64,000 nt of DNA from Waterburya sp. (GTDB lineage: Bacteria > Cyanobacteriota > Cyanobacteriia > Cyanobacteriales > Xenococcaceae). The position numbers and the translations under genes were made by a program. Every line of letters begins with the position of its first letter. Within the stretch, counting starts at the first letter, position 1. Shown one piece after another: positions 31,419 through 43,100 of this stretch. The stretch is taken from the NCBI GenBank assembly GCA_965217895.1, contig CBDCJV010000002.1, forward strand, positions 1 to 64,000, written 5' to 3'. Under the pieces are notes generated by a model, which worked only from the letters and a program-made list of their open reading frames with translations, had not been told where the DNA came from and ran no database searches.

Positions 31419-32750
31419 ATGACTACAAGCCAAAGCAAGTTCAATTCTTTACCTGAACCGCCTGGTGAGAATGGATTGCCTTTTCTGGGCGAGACGATCG
31501 CCTTTTTAAGAGATCCAGAATTTAACCAAAAACGAATTAAAAAATATGGCAAGGTATATAAAACCAATGTCTTTGGTAGCCCGACGGTGATGATGATTGG
31601 TTCTGAGGCTAATACTTTTTTGTTTCGCAACGAGAATAAATATGTGGTTTCTGCTTGGCCAAAAAGTACTAGAGTTTTGTTAGGCAAAGAGTCCTTATCT
31701 GTTAGTAGCGGTGACGTTCATACCTCCCGTCGTAAACTGTTGTATCAAGCATTTCAGCCTAGAGCTTTGGCTAGTTATATTTCCATGATGGAACAAATTA
31801 CCCAAAAATATCTCCAGCGATGGGAAAAAATGACAACCCTAACTTGGTATCCAGAGTTGCGAGACTACACTTTTGATATTGCCAGTAATCTATTTTTAAG
31901 CACTGATGGGGGTTCGCAAAGTAGAGTAGGAGAACTGTTTGAGCAATTTAGCGGTGGCTTGTTTAGCATTCCTTTGTCTCTTCCCTGGACAAAGTTTGGC
32001 AAAGCTTTACGCGCCCGTAAAGAGTTACTAGAGCATTTAGAAAAAATTGTAATTCAACGCCAGCAAGCAGATAATCCTGGAGAAGATGCTTTAGGGTTGT
32101 TGATCCAAGCTAAAGATGATGAAGGAAATAGCTTAAGCCTAGAAGAATTAAAGGATCAGGTGTTGCTACTATTATTTGCAGGACATGAAACCTTGACTAG
32201 TGCGATCGCCTCTTTTTGTCTTTTGACAGCACAGCATCCAAATGTGATGCAGCTTTTAAGAGAAGAACAAGATCGCTTAAATATATCTGATACTCCTACT
32301 TTGGAAAATATTAAGCAGATGACCTATCTCGAACAGGTATTAAAAGAGGTTATGCGTCTAATTCCTCCTGTAGGTGGTGGTTTTAGAGAAGCAGTAGCAA
32401 CTTTTGAATTTGGCGGTTATCGTATACCCAAAGGCTGGAATCTTCAATATCAAATTGCCCAAACCCATAAAGACGATGAGATGTATCCTAAAAGCGATCG
32501 CTTTGACCCAGATCGGTTTGCACCCGAACACTCGGCAGATAAGCAAGCAAGCTTTGGTTATATACCCTTTGGCGGTGGTTTAAGAGAATGTATTGGTAAA
32601 GAGTTTGCTCGTTTAGAAATGCGCTTATTTGCCTCAAAACTTTTGCAGAGTTATGAGTGGGAACTATTGCCCAATCAAAATCTTGAATTAGTTAATGTAC
32701 CTACTCCTCATCCCCGTGATGGTTTAAAAATTAACTTCCTACGCCGATAA
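31419..32750 (+). CDS. Cytochrome P450 (CYP120-like)
   Basis: AGHET, EVMR, FGGGLRECIG heme motif. Confidence 0.93.
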   Translation: MTTSQSKFNSLPEPPGENGLPFLGETIAFLRDPEFNQKRIKKYGKVYKTNVFGSPTVMMIGSEANTFLFRNENKYVVSAWPKSTRVLLGKESLSVSSGDVHTSRRKLLYQAFQPRALASYISMMEQITQKYLQRWEKMTTLTWYPELRDYTFDIASNLFLSTDGGSQSRVGELFEQFSGGLFSIPLSLPWTKFGKALRARKELLEHLEKIVIQRQQADNPGEDALGLLIQAKDDEGNSLSLEELKDQVLLLLFAGHETLTSAIASFCLLTAQHPNVMQLLREEQDRLNISDTPTLENIKQMTYLEQVLKEVMRLIPPVGGGFREAVATFEFGGYRIPKGWNLQYQIAQTHKDDEMYPKSDRFDPDRFAPEHSADKQASFGYIPFGGGLRECIGKEFARLEMRLFASKLLQSYEWELLPNQNLELVNVPTPHPRDGLKINFLRR

Positions 32751-32878
32751 ATCAGACTAAATCAAAGATATTGGTATTAATTTTAAAGGTAGCGAAGGAC
32801 TTGTTCGTTTATCCTCATGGAGAAAGAACGCGACCTCCGCATCTAAGTCAAGTTGGGAATTTTATTTTTAGAGTTCCT

Positions 32879-34216
32879 TTACCTAGGACTAGCAATAGAA
32901 GAAGGGTTTTGGCTTTTGCTAATAAACTCATTTTGTAAAATTGCTACTGCTCTTGAATATTGAGGATCGGCATCTGTACCAATCAAGCTGGGATTAATAC
33001 TTAAATCAGTTTGCTGTTGACGATTTAAGTCCACTGTAATATCTGGAGCAATACCTTTCTTATTAATGTCTACACCATTAGGAGGATAGTAGTGAGCAAT
33101 AGTTACTGCTAAACCAGAACCATCGGAAAGGGAATGAACTGACTGTACTGTACCCTTGCCATAGGTGCGACTACCTACAAGCTTGGCTCGATGATTTTGT
33201 TTTAAAGCTCCTGCTAAAATTTCGCTAGCACTGGCAGAGTAGCCATCAACTAGTACTACTAAAGGCAAATCGGTTAATGCTTTACCATTGGCTGCAAATT
33301 TATCGTTACCACCCTTGCGATCTATGGTAGAAACAATTGCTCCTTTTTCCATCCACAAACGGGCAATTTCCACACCAGAAAACAGTAAACCTCCTGGATT
33401 TCCTCGCAGATCTAAAACAAAGCCAGAGGCTTGCTTAGAACTCAAATCTTTGATTGCTTTCTGCATTTGTTCTACTGCGTGGGAGCTAAATTCATCTAGC
33501 TTGATATACCCTACCTTTGAGCCTTGTTCTTGATTGAGAGCGTAGCTAACCGAAGGAAGTTCAATTTGCGCTCTGGCAATGGCTACATCAAAAGCTGGCT
33601 TTTCTGGACGAGCTATGGTTAATTTTACTTGAGTACCGACTTTACCCTTGATTTCTGCCGAAGCCTGTTCTAACGACATTGACTTTGTTGACTTGCCATT
33701 AATGCTTTGTATATAGTCTCCTGCTTTTAATCCCGCTTTGCTTGCTGGTGAATTTGGAATAGGTTCAACCACAATTAGCTGATTAGTTTTTTTGTCCATT
33801 CCCAAACGAATACCAATACCTGATAACTCTCCTGAAGTTTGGCTAGTTAGCTCTGCGTATTCCTCTGGATCTAAAAATCTGGTGTAGGGATCTCCGAGAT
33901 CTTTGAGTGACTTACGAATAGCCTGATAGGCAGAGGCGCGATCGCTATATTTGTTTTTTAATAATTGTTGACGCTGAATTTTCCAGTTAACATGGTTAAA
34001 GTCAGGATCTACATATTCGCTATTAATAATCTGCCATACTTCATCTACAACGGTTTTAGGGCTATCTTCTAAAGCGGCGGCTACAGGTGCAGTATTTTGG
34101 GGTATTAACAAAGAAGCTGTTGTCAGAGCAACGCCTAGTTTAATAGTTCTTGAACAATTTTTTTTCAATCTTAGTGAGCTTAAAATAAAACCAAAACGCT
34201 TAGAGAAATAGTTCAT
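32879..34216 (-). CDS. C-terminal processing protease (S41, CtpB-like)
   Basis: LDLRGNPGG, SASASE, GKGTVQ; PDZ. Confidence 0.92.
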   Translation of the reverse strand: MNYFSKRFGFILSSLRLKKNCSRTIKLGVALTTASLLIPQNTAPVAAALEDSPKTVVDEVWQIINSEYVDPDFNHVNWKIQRQQLLKNKYSDRASAYQAIRKSLKDLGDPYTRFLDPEEYAELTSQTSGELSGIGIRLGMDKKTNQLIVVEPIPNSPASKAGLKAGDYIQSINGKSTKSMSLEQASAEIKGKVGTQVKLTIARPEKPAFDVAIARAQIELPSVSYALNQEQGSKVGYIKLDEFSSHAVEQMQKAIKDLSSKQASGFVLDLRGNPGGLLFSGVEIARLWMEKGAIVSTIDRKGGNDKFAANGKALTDLPLVVLVDGYSASASEILAGALKQNHRAKLVGSRTYGKGTVQSVHSLSDGSGLAVTIAHYYPPNGVDINKKGIAPDITVDLNRQQQTDLSINPSLIGTDADPQYSRAVAILQNEFISKSQNPSSIASPR

Positions 34217-34484
34217 GAGCTAGCTAAAGTAAAAAGGATGATTTTGATAAGTTACTCTGGGGTATGAGTTTCTCAACTTTCGATAAAAGATTATCTTAGT
34301 TAGTTGGCAGAAATAATAAAAGTAGTATTGGTAGATGACTAAGATTTTAAAATCAGAGTAACCTATTTTATATCAGTATAGCTAAAGTCTTTTTGCACAA
34401 TTTCAAAATTACTTCTTTTGATATGACAGGTATAGCATCTGGCTATTGTTACCCGCTGAAAATAATAGATTAGATCTGCTTAAT

Positions 34485-34928
34485 TTAAGCTTGGGCGGCA
34501 ATAAAATCAAGTATGATTTGGCGATGGAGATCTCCTAAAGCTCTAAATTCTTGATTTTTTGGGGAGTACCCAAAACCATTTTTTATCTCTGCCAAAGTCA
34601 ATAAACTAAAATCATCTCCTTCATTAAGTTCTAAATTATTTATTGTGAAAGATAGGTGACAAGAAAAAACATGACGCGCGTATCTATTGTCATTATAAGA
34701 ATTAAACTTGATTAATTGCTTAACGGGGTAGTTAATCTCTTCGATTAATTCTCTTTTTAGTCCTGCTTCTGGATTTTCTCCTGGTTCTATATGACCTCCA
34801 AATAGTCCCCATACCCCAGGGTAAATAATATTAGGGATATTATCTCGTAACTGCATCAAATACTTTCCATCTTGATGAATTATGGCGATCGCTATTGGTA
34901 TTAGGTGCTGAAAAGAGCGATCGCTCAT
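34485..34928 (-). CDS. NUDIX hydrolase
   Basis: GGHIEPGE...RELIEEI Nudix box. Confidence 0.9.
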   Translation of the reverse strand: MSDRSFQHLIPIAIAIIHQDGKYLMQLRDNIPNIIYPGVWGLFGGHIEPGENPEAGLKRELIEEINYPVKQLIKFNSYNDNRYARHVFSCHLSFTINNLELNEGDDFSLLTLAEIKNGFGYSPKNQEFRALGDLHRQIILDFIAAQA

Positions 34929-35001
34929 AAAACTAAGTTTATTGATAATTAAATTAAAAGTTTATCCAGCAATTTTACTTCATATTATGGTTATACTGTA
35001 T

Positions 35002-35391
35002 CTACTGGCGATCGCTGTTTGTCGGCTCTAACTGTTCTGACTCAACCACATAAAAGTCTCCTAATTCTTGCTTGGCGAATGGTAGACTTTGGTAATTAAT
35101 TTTTCCCTTAATGCTGATTAGCTGATTTATTTTTGGTGGTGTCTGAGAAGTAACAACCCAGATTTTACCAGTGGCATCTTCTAACTGATAAGCAGTTTGA
35201 TCGATTAAAGGAGCTAAATGCACCACTTGTCCCGTCAAAAGTACGGTTTTGCCTATTTTCTTCGCTGAAATTTTTTGAATAGAAATTAATGATGCTTGAC
35301 AACCAATTAAGCTACCTAGCAATATAATTCCAAGGCTAATTTGCTTGAACCTATCGGCAATTAATTTAGGTCTTAAATTGTGAACTAACAT
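35002..35391 (-). CDS. Hypothetical OB-fold lipoprotein
   Basis: LIGC lipobox; YQLEDATGKIWV. Confidence 0.6.
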   Translation of the reverse strand: MLVHNLRPKLIADRFKQISLGIILLGSLIGCQASLISIQKISAKKIGKTVLLTGQVVHLAPLIDQTAYQLEDATGKIWVVTSQTPPKINQLISIKGKINYQSLPFAKQELGDFYVVESEQLEPTNSDRQ

Positions 35392-35431
35392 TTTTGTTCA
35401 TCCATACAGATAATCAACATGGCGATTGGGT

Positions 35432-37610
35432 GTGCGATTCGTTCCTGACGAAAGTGAGATAAAACCCATATAAATCAGGGCTTCTAGTTTTCATTAGCTA
35501 GATGATAACTGTTCGATTAATGGAGGTGCAAGCCCTCCCCCCGAAACTCACGGGTGACTCCTTATCTGCCCACGCCGAGTAGACTCGGAATTCTACAGAG
35601 CGAAGCTGGGAACAGGGCGTAATCAGACTTCAATTGCAGAAGACACTGACGCTAATAGGGAATTCCCACGGTAAAACAGAACCTAGAAAAGAAACCTACG
35701 CCTACACGGACGCAATTCCTAGTCCGAGGTTGCCTAAGCTATGTATCCCGCCAAGTTTTATCCAAGACATTGGCAAGAGTATGGGATTTAGGCGGTTTAA
35801 TTGATTCTACCTAAAGGAAATAAACATCAATCGAATGGAACGAATAAAAACGAATCTAAGGTCTGTGGATAGGTCGCATCCACGGTAGACCAGACGAGAG
35901 GATTAATCCCTTAGATTCGGGTAGGACAGACCGTAATTGGTCTGAGGAACTTAGAACATACAAACTAGAGTAAAGCATGATTAGACACATTGACACAGTT
36001 AATAGTGAATCCTGGGAATTCTTACCTTGGAAGAAATTCCAAAAAGAGACTTTCCGCTTACAAAAGCGCGTATGGAAAGCAGTTCGAGCAGCAGATATGC
36101 AAAAAGCAAGGTCACTGCAAAAACTGATACTCCGCTCTCAAGGAGCAAGATTCTTAGCCATTAGGCAAGTAACACAGCTAAACGAGGGAAAGAAAACCGC
36201 TGGTATCGACGGAAAAGGTAACTTGAATTTTCAAGAACGCTTTGAACTCGAAAAACAAATAAAGTTGAAAGTTAATAATTGGAAACACCAAGGATTACGG
36301 GAAATACCTATCCCAAAAAAGGATGGTACTAAACGAATTTTAAAAGTTCCAACTATTAGCGACAGAGCTTGGCAATGCCTGGCAAAATACGCTTTAGAAC
36401 CAGCACACGAAGCCACTTTCCACGCCCGTAGTTACGGTTTCAGAACAGGAAGAAGCACGCATTGCGCGCAAAAGCACCTGTTCGACAACTTAAATGCGAG
36501 AGTGAAAGGTATCAATAAACGAGTACTCGAAATTGATATTAAAAAATGCTTTGATAGAATCAACCATTCCACAATTATGGAGAACCTAATTGCCCCATCA
36601 GGGTTAAAGCTTGGCATCTTCAGATGCCTCAAAGCAGGAACAAATGTAGGATTTCCAGAACAAGGAACGCCACAGGGCGGGGTTGCTTCGCCTTTATTAG
36701 CTAACATAGCACTCAACGCAATTGAGAACATTGGTGAATATAAAAGCACCAGGGGATTAAGCACATCAAAATGTATTAGATATGCAGACGATATGATTTA
36801 CATCCTAAAACCTCAAGACGATGCTAAAAAAATACTTGATGAGGTTAAAGAATTCCTTGCCAAACGAGGAATGGAAATCAGCGAAACAAAGACAAAGCTG
36901 ACAGCAACGACAGATGGATTCAACTTCCTGGGCTGGAATTTTCGAGTCCAAAAGAATGGAAAGTTCAGAAGCCGACCTTCGGTGGAAAACTTCAGAGCTT
37001 TCTATAGGAAAACAAAATCTATCATCAATAACTCCAACTATGGTGCGACGGTCAAGGCTAGTAAACTAGCCGCCGTTGTTAGAGGATGGAGAAACTACCA
37101 TTGCTACTGCAAAATGGATGGGGCTAGAAATAGCCTCTACTATATGCAGAAAAGAGCGTTTAAGGTATTTAATCGGCAAACAAAACAAGACCGTTATTCT
37201 AGCAAAAAACTTCTGGATATAGCGTTCCCAAAAGTCCCATACTCCGAAAATAAATTCATCAACGTCAAAGGAGATAAATCCCCATTTGACGGAGATATAG
37301 TTTACTGGAGTAAACGCAACAGCAAACTATACGATGGAGAAACCTCTAAAGCCCTTAGAAGGCAAAACCATTCATCTGTAGCCTGTAGATTAAAACTCAT
37401 AGGCAATGAGAAAGTAAATCTACACCATGTAGATGGAAATCACAACAACTGGAGTCATAACAATTTAGTGGCAATACACGAATCCTGTCATGACTATATA
37501 CACAACCGTAAAAGCGACAGCTAAAAGTTTCGGGAGCTTGTATGCGTCGAAAGACGCACGTACAGATCTAACAGAGAGGGGCCAGAGGTAATACTCTCCC
37601 TCAACTCTAC
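35432..37610 (+). mobile_element. Group II intron
   Basis: 5' GTGCGA; domain V GAGCTTGTATGCG-TCGAAAGA-CGCACGTACAG; 3' ...CTCTAC; RT ORF inside. Confidence 0.92.
35977..37524 (+). CDS. Group II intron reverse transcriptase/maturase with HNH domain
   Basis: TAGIDG, GTPQGG, RYADD, C-terminal HH..GN..N..H..CH. Confidence 0.95.
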   Translation: MIRHIDTVNSESWEFLPWKKFQKETFRLQKRVWKAVRAADMQKARSLQKLILRSQGARFLAIRQVTQLNEGKKTAGIDGKGNLNFQERFELEKQIKLKVNNWKHQGLREIPIPKKDGTKRILKVPTISDRAWQCLAKYALEPAHEATFHARSYGFRTGRSTHCAQKHLFDNLNARVKGINKRVLEIDIKKCFDRINHSTIMENLIAPSGLKLGIFRCLKAGTNVGFPEQGTPQGGVASPLLANIALNAIENIGEYKSTRGLSTSKCIRYADDMIYILKPQDDAKKILDEVKEFLAKRGMEISETKTKLTATTDGFNFLGWNFRVQKNGKFRSRPSVENFRAFYRKTKSIINNSNYGATVKASKLAAVVRGWRNYHCYCKMDGARNSLYYMQKRAFKVFNRQTKQDRYSSKKLLDIAFPKVPYSENKFINVKGDKSPFDGDIVYWSKRNSKLYDGETSKALRRQNHSSVACRLKLIGNEKVNLHHVDGNHNNWSHNNLVAIHESCHDYIHNRKSDS

Positions 37611-37711
37611 CATGCTTCCTAAACACGAAGGACTTGTCCGCACGTAGCACTCCTCGCCATCAAATCCCAGCTTAACTTTTTTGATTTTTATTTGATTTTA
37701 AAAATTAGCCT

Positions 37712-38596
37712 ATGCCTACTTCAAAACCTCGTCTACTAGATGGTAAAGCCTTAGCCAAAAAAATTCAGTCAGAATTAAAAATTAAAGTTGATCAGCTCAA
37801 GCCAAAAATTGGTCGCCCTCCAGGTTTAGCAGTATTGATGGTAGGAGACAATCCTGCCAGTGCTGTTTATGTTCGCAACAAAGAAAAAGCCTGTCAAAAA
37901 GTGGGAATTGCGACCATGGGTCAACATTTTCCTGGCGATGCTACTCAAGCAGAATTAGAGCAGGTAATTGCTCAGTTAAACCAAGATGAGCGAGTAGACG
38001 GTATTTTAGTACAGCTTCCCCTACCAAAGCATTTAGACTCTATTGCTTTACTGCGCTGTATAGATCCTGATAAAGATGCTGATGGTTTACATGAGGTAAA
38101 TTTGGGTAAGCTGGTGCGTTCTGAGTCTGGTTTGCGTAGCTGCACTCCTGCGGGAGTGATGAAGATTTTAAAAGAATACGATCTTAATCCTGCGGGTAAG
38201 AAAGCTGTAGTAATAGGCAGAAGTATTTTAGTCGGTAAGCCAGTGGCTTTAATGCTCTTAGAAGCAAATACCACCGTTACTATTGCTCACTCCCATACCT
38301 CTGACTTAGGTGCAGTATGTCGTGAGGCAGATATTTTGGTTGCAGCAGCAGGCAGACCAGAAATGATTACTCGCGACATGATTAAACCTGGGGCGATAGT
38401 TATTGATGTAGGTATTAACAGGGTAGAAACCACCGAAGGAAAATCAAAGTTGGTAGGTGATGTAGCTTTTGCTGAGGTTGCAGAACTAGCTAGCTATATA
38501 ACTCCTGTTCCTGGAGGAATTGGTCCAATGACGGTAGCAATGCTGCTTAGTAATACAGTGCAAAGTTATGCTAACAAGGCTAGAGATTCAGGTTGA
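37712..38596 (+). CDS. folD: Methylene-THF dehydrogenase/cyclohydrolase
   Basis: [25 protein letters not shown]. Confidence 0.96.
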   Translation: MPTSKPRLLDGKALAKKIQSELKIKVDQLKPKIGRPPGLAVLMVGDNPASAVYVRNKEKACQKVGIATMGQHFPGDATQAELEQVIAQLNQDERVDGILVQLPLPKHLDSIALLRCIDPDKDADGLHEVNLGKLVRSESGLRSCTPAGVMKILKEYDLNPAGKKAVVIGRSILVGKPVALMLLEANTTVTIAHSHTSDLGAVCREADILVAAAGRPEMITRDMIKPGAIVIDVGINRVETTEGKSKLVGDVAFAEVAELASYITPVPGGIGPMTVAMLLSNTVQSYANKARDSG

Positions 38597-38792
38597 GCAG
38601 ATTGTGCCAAATCTTTCTCTAAATCAAAAGGTTTTTTTGGTTGATAACAGTATGCAGTTAAACCACAAAAAATATTGACACCGAAATAATTTATAATTTC
38701 GCTCAAAACTAAACATAGGACGGGAGTGCTGAATCAGATATATTTTCAGCTTAGTGATCCCTTCTTTTTTTACCCCAAACTCAGGTTAAATA

Positions 38793-39449
38793 GTGATTAA
38801 AGCTGTAATTTTCGATATGGATGGCTTGCTGATTGATTCCGAGCCTTTATGGCAAGAAGCAGAAATACTTATTTTTAAACAGGTTAACATTCTTCTCACT
38901 TCTGAGCTATGTCTGCAAACAAAAGGCTTAAGAATCGATGAAGTTGTGAATTATTGGTATCAAAGACATCCCTGGACAAATCTGACTAGACAGAAAGTTG
39001 AGGAGTTGATTATCGCTAAAGTAATTGAGTTGATTTATCTTCAAGGCAAACCTCTAGCAGGAGTAAATCGCGCCATATCTTTTGTTCAGCAAAAACAAGT
39101 CAAAATTGCTCTGGCTTCTTCTTCTGCATCTAAGATTATTCAGGCTGTATTACAAAAGCTGGAATTGACAAATGTATTTGCTGAAGTTTATTCAGCAGAA
39201 TCGGAAGTTTTGGGCAAACCCCATCCAGGAGTATATTTGACTACTGCTAACAAACTAAACGTCTCACCTTCAGAATGTTTGGCTTTAGAAGATTCTCTCA
39301 ATGGAGTATTGGCTGCAAAAGCTGCACAAATGAAATGTATTGCTATTCCTGAACCATTAGAATATATTAACCCCAAATTTGCGATCGCCGATATCAGCTT
39401 GAAATCTCTCGCAGAATTTAACGACGATATTTGGTATAGCCTTAGTTAA
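38793..39449 (+). CDS. HAD-family phosphatase (HxpB/YniC-like)
   Basis: FDMDGLLIDSEP, KPHP, EDS. Confidence 0.9.
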   Translation: MIKAVIFDMDGLLIDSEPLWQEAEILIFKQVNILLTSELCLQTKGLRIDEVVNYWYQRHPWTNLTRQKVEELIIAKVIELIYLQGKPLAGVNRAISFVQQKQVKIALASSSASKIIQAVLQKLELTNVFAEVYSAESEVLGKPHPGVYLTTANKLNVSPSECLALEDSLNGVLAAKAAQMKCIAIPEPLEYINPKFAIADISLKSLAEFNDDIWYSLS

Positions 39450-39919
39450 CCCATCTGTTTCAACTCCTGCAATACTTTCTCTACATGAGCTTTAACTCGG
39501 ACTTTATCCCAGACCTGAGCGATCTTCCCATCGGGAGCAATTAGAAAGGTTGAGCGCACCACGCCCATATATTCTTTGCCCATAAATTTTTTTAACCGCC
39601 ACGCACCGTATGCTTCAATTACCTTATGCTCAGAATCGCTAAGTAGCTGAAGTGAGAGGCTGTGTTTATTGATAAACTTACAGTGAGATTTTGCTGAATC
39701 TGGACTAACGCCAATAATATCTGCGCCCAATTCCTGAAATTGAGTCTGATATTTAGTAAAGTCTTGGGCTTCGGTAGTGCAGCCTGGGGTATTGTCTTTG
39801 GGGTAGAAGTACAATATTACCCAGCGATCTTTGCGATAATTCAAACTTACGGTGTTGCCATTTTGATCTTGGGCAATAAAATCAGGTGCTGCTTGTCCAA
39901 CTTGGAGAATATCGCTCAT
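39446..39919 (-). CDS. bcp: Peroxiredoxin Q / BCP
   Basis: YFYPKDNTPGCTTEA. Confidence 0.92.
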   Translation of the reverse strand: MSDILQVGQAAPDFIAQDQNGNTVSLNYRKDRWVILYFYPKDNTPGCTTEAQDFTKYQTQFQELGADIIGVSPDSAKSHCKFINKHSLSLQLLSDSEHKVIEAYGAWRLKKFMGKEYMGVVRSTFLIAPDGKIAQVWDKVRVKAHVEKVLQELKQMG

Positions 39920-40192
39920 GGGATGAAATTACAAATAGTTTAAGACTGCTGTGTAAATATTAATCAAAACTCGTCGCTTAATTGAGACTGTTATTGGACA
40001 ACTAGCAGAGCGTTTTCATTTCGAGACTGTTCGAGCGAGGGATTACATGCGGCTTAAGCCTTTGTGGCATTTTACTAGTCGTATTAGTTTAGTCGTAAAC
40101 TTTTAGCTCATATTCAACAGCTTATTTTTAATTAAAAGTTGCACACGGCATATAAAATATATCTTAGATTTTATTTAAGTACATATGTTTAT

Positions 40193-43100
40193 ATGTTGGA
40201 TAATTTACGCTCTAAAAATAATCAAAAAGTTATCCCCAAAAATTATTCATTTAATTGTTATTTAATCGGTGAAGGAAGTTTATTAATCAAGTGTGCTGAA
40301 CTACTGCTCCAACAAAACTATCGAATCAAAGGTATTGTATCTCCAGATTTAATTGTTAAACGCTGGGCAGATACCAACAAAATTATTAACCTAAAAGATC
40401 AGCAACAGTTACTTAAACTGTTAAAAGAAGATAAGTGTGACTATCTTTTTAGCATTGTCAATCACGCTATTTTGCTTCCTGAAACTATTTCTCAAGTTGG
40501 TCAAGCAATTAATTATCACGACGCTTTGCTACCAAGCTATGCTGGAGTAAATGCAACAGCTTGGGCAATTATCAATGGCGAGGTGCAGCACGGTATCACC
40601 TGGCATGAGATTACAGCAGAAATTGATACAGGTAATATACTCAAGCAAGTCAAAATAGATTTAGAAGCTTCAGAAACTAGTTTAAGCCTTAATACTAAAT
40701 GCTATCAAGCAGCGATCGCAGCTTTTAGCGAATTAATCAAAGAACTCGTTAGCGATCGAGTAACTTACACTCCTCAAGATTTACAGCAGCGAAGCTACTA
40801 CCCTCGTCATCAAAAACCTCAGGCATTAGGCATTATTAATTTTAAACAGCCAGCAGCAGCGATCGATAATTTAGTGCGGGGATTGAGCTTTGGGAATTAT
40901 CCGAATTCTTTAACCACCGCCAAACTATTATTAAACTCCAGTGATAATTTAGACTACGTAATTATTAGTCGGGTAGCCAAACTTACAGCTAAATCTCAAT
41001 ACACACCAGGCACAATTGTCAGAATTGAAAGCGATAAATTAATTGTGACCACGGCAAGCCAAGACATTGCGCTTCAGGATGTTATGACTAAGCAGGGGGA
41101 AGCAAGCTCAATTGAGAAATTGGTTGCAGATTATCAGCTTCTGCTTGGGCAACAGTTACCTCAGATTGACTCAGAATTAAGCTCTAGAATAACCACCTTA
41201 GCAACGAAACTATCACCAGCAGAAGGCTATTGGCGCAAGCAGTTAATTAAGTGGAAACCTTTAACCCTACCTGGAATCAAAAAATCAGCAATCCTTGTCG
41301 CTGCCAATAGTTATCGACGAGTTAAGCTGCCTTTAGGCAATACAGTTATTGATTTCATTCAGCAGGCTTATGGGGCAAAAAACGCCTCAGATGTTGCTAT
41401 AGCTATCTTTGCCATTTACATTGCTCGTTTAAGCGTCAATCAACAGATTACTTTAGGATTTGAAGGATTTACTGACAAGGCGATCGCTCCTTGGTTTGCT
41501 ACTTGTGTACCTGCTAACTTAAAAATTTCCTCTAAAGATAATTTAGCTACAGTAATCGCTACAGTTACCAAAAGGCGAAAACTCAATCAAAAACATCAAA
41601 GCTATGCCACGGATTTAATCGCTAGATCTCCGCAGTTATCCAATAAACCAGATGATTTTACAGTAAGTGTAGGACAAAACGTAAAGCATCCTTCTAGCCA
41701 TTTAACTTTAAGCATCGAACCAGCAGAATGCTATTGGTTATATAACGTCAATGCTTTCTCTGAGGAATTGATTACCACTATGTTAGAGCAATGGCAGACT
41801 CTAACAGCAGGAATTGTCAGCCAAAACAATCCTAACTGCTCCATAGCCCACCTGCCTTTGATTTCTCTCTCAGAAAGAAAACGGCTGTTGGCTTGGAATC
41901 AAACTATCGTAGACTATCCAGCGGATTTATGTCTGCATCAATTATTTGAAGCTAGAGTAGCTGAAGACAGTGAAGCGATCGCCGTTGTCTATCAAGGACA
42001 GTCTTTGACTAGAGGCGAATTAAATCGGCAAGCTAACAGGCTAGCACACCGTTTGCAGCAGCTAGGAGTGCAGCCAGAAAGTTTGGTTGGTATTTGCTTA
42101 GAGCGATCTTTAGAAATGGCGATCGCTTTATTTGCTATTCTCAAAGCGGGAGGGGCATATTTACCGATAGACCCCAATTATCCTCCCGCCAGACTTAGCT
42201 ATATCCTTGAAGATGCTCGCTTAAGCGTTTTGCTAACTCAAGCCAAACAGCTAGAGCGATTACCCAAAACGGCTGCTCAAATTATCTGTCTAGATCGAGA
42301 TTGGGAAACGTCTAACCTGCATGAGACAAAACCCCTAAGCCAAGTCAACAGCCATAATCTAGCTTATGTAATCTATACTTCTGGCTCAACGGGAAATCCG
42401 AAAGGGGTAGCCATAGAACACCATAGTGCGGTTAACACCTTATGGGATATCGAGCAGCGTTTTGCAGTGCAGCCTCAAGACCGTGTATTGGCTGTCTCTT
42501 CCTTAAGCTTCGATCTGTCAGTTTATGATATCTTCGGCAGTTTGGGTTCTGGGGGAACGGCGATTTTGCCCCTTAGTACCACTCGCCCTAATCCCGAACA
42601 ATGGTTGGAATTGATAGCTCAAGAACAGGTTACAATCTGGAACTCAGCCCCCGCTCTTTTAGAGTTGCTGGTCAACTATATCGTTGGCTTTGAGCGACAA
42701 TTACCGTCATCACTACGTTTGGTTATGCTCAGTGGCGATCGCATTAATCCTAATTTAGTGATTCAACTGCAAAATCTAAACCCGCAGCTACAGATTGCAA
42801 GTTTAGGAGGAGCAACCGAAGCCTCAATCTGGTCTATTTGTTATCCTATCGCCTCAAAATGGTTTGCCAACAAAGCCATTCCTTATGGTCGTCCTCTCCA
42901 CAATCAAACGTTTTATATCTTAGACTCTCAACAACAGTTAGCACCTATTGGCGTTACGGGAGAACTCTATATCGGCGGAATTGGGTTGGCTAGAGGCTAT
43001 CTTAATCGTCCAGAATTAACCACGGCTAGATTTATTGCCGATCCTTTTAGTACCAAGCCTATTGCTCGTCTTTATAAAACAGGAGATTTAGGACGTTATC

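Noticed and set aside
35977..37524. RT as retron, DGR or defence RT
   Set aside because: Canonical group II intron ends, domain V and maturase/HNH layout explain it
37611..37711. Folate/ZTP riboswitch upstream of folD
   Set aside because: No consensus recognised; the sequence resembles a dispersed repeat
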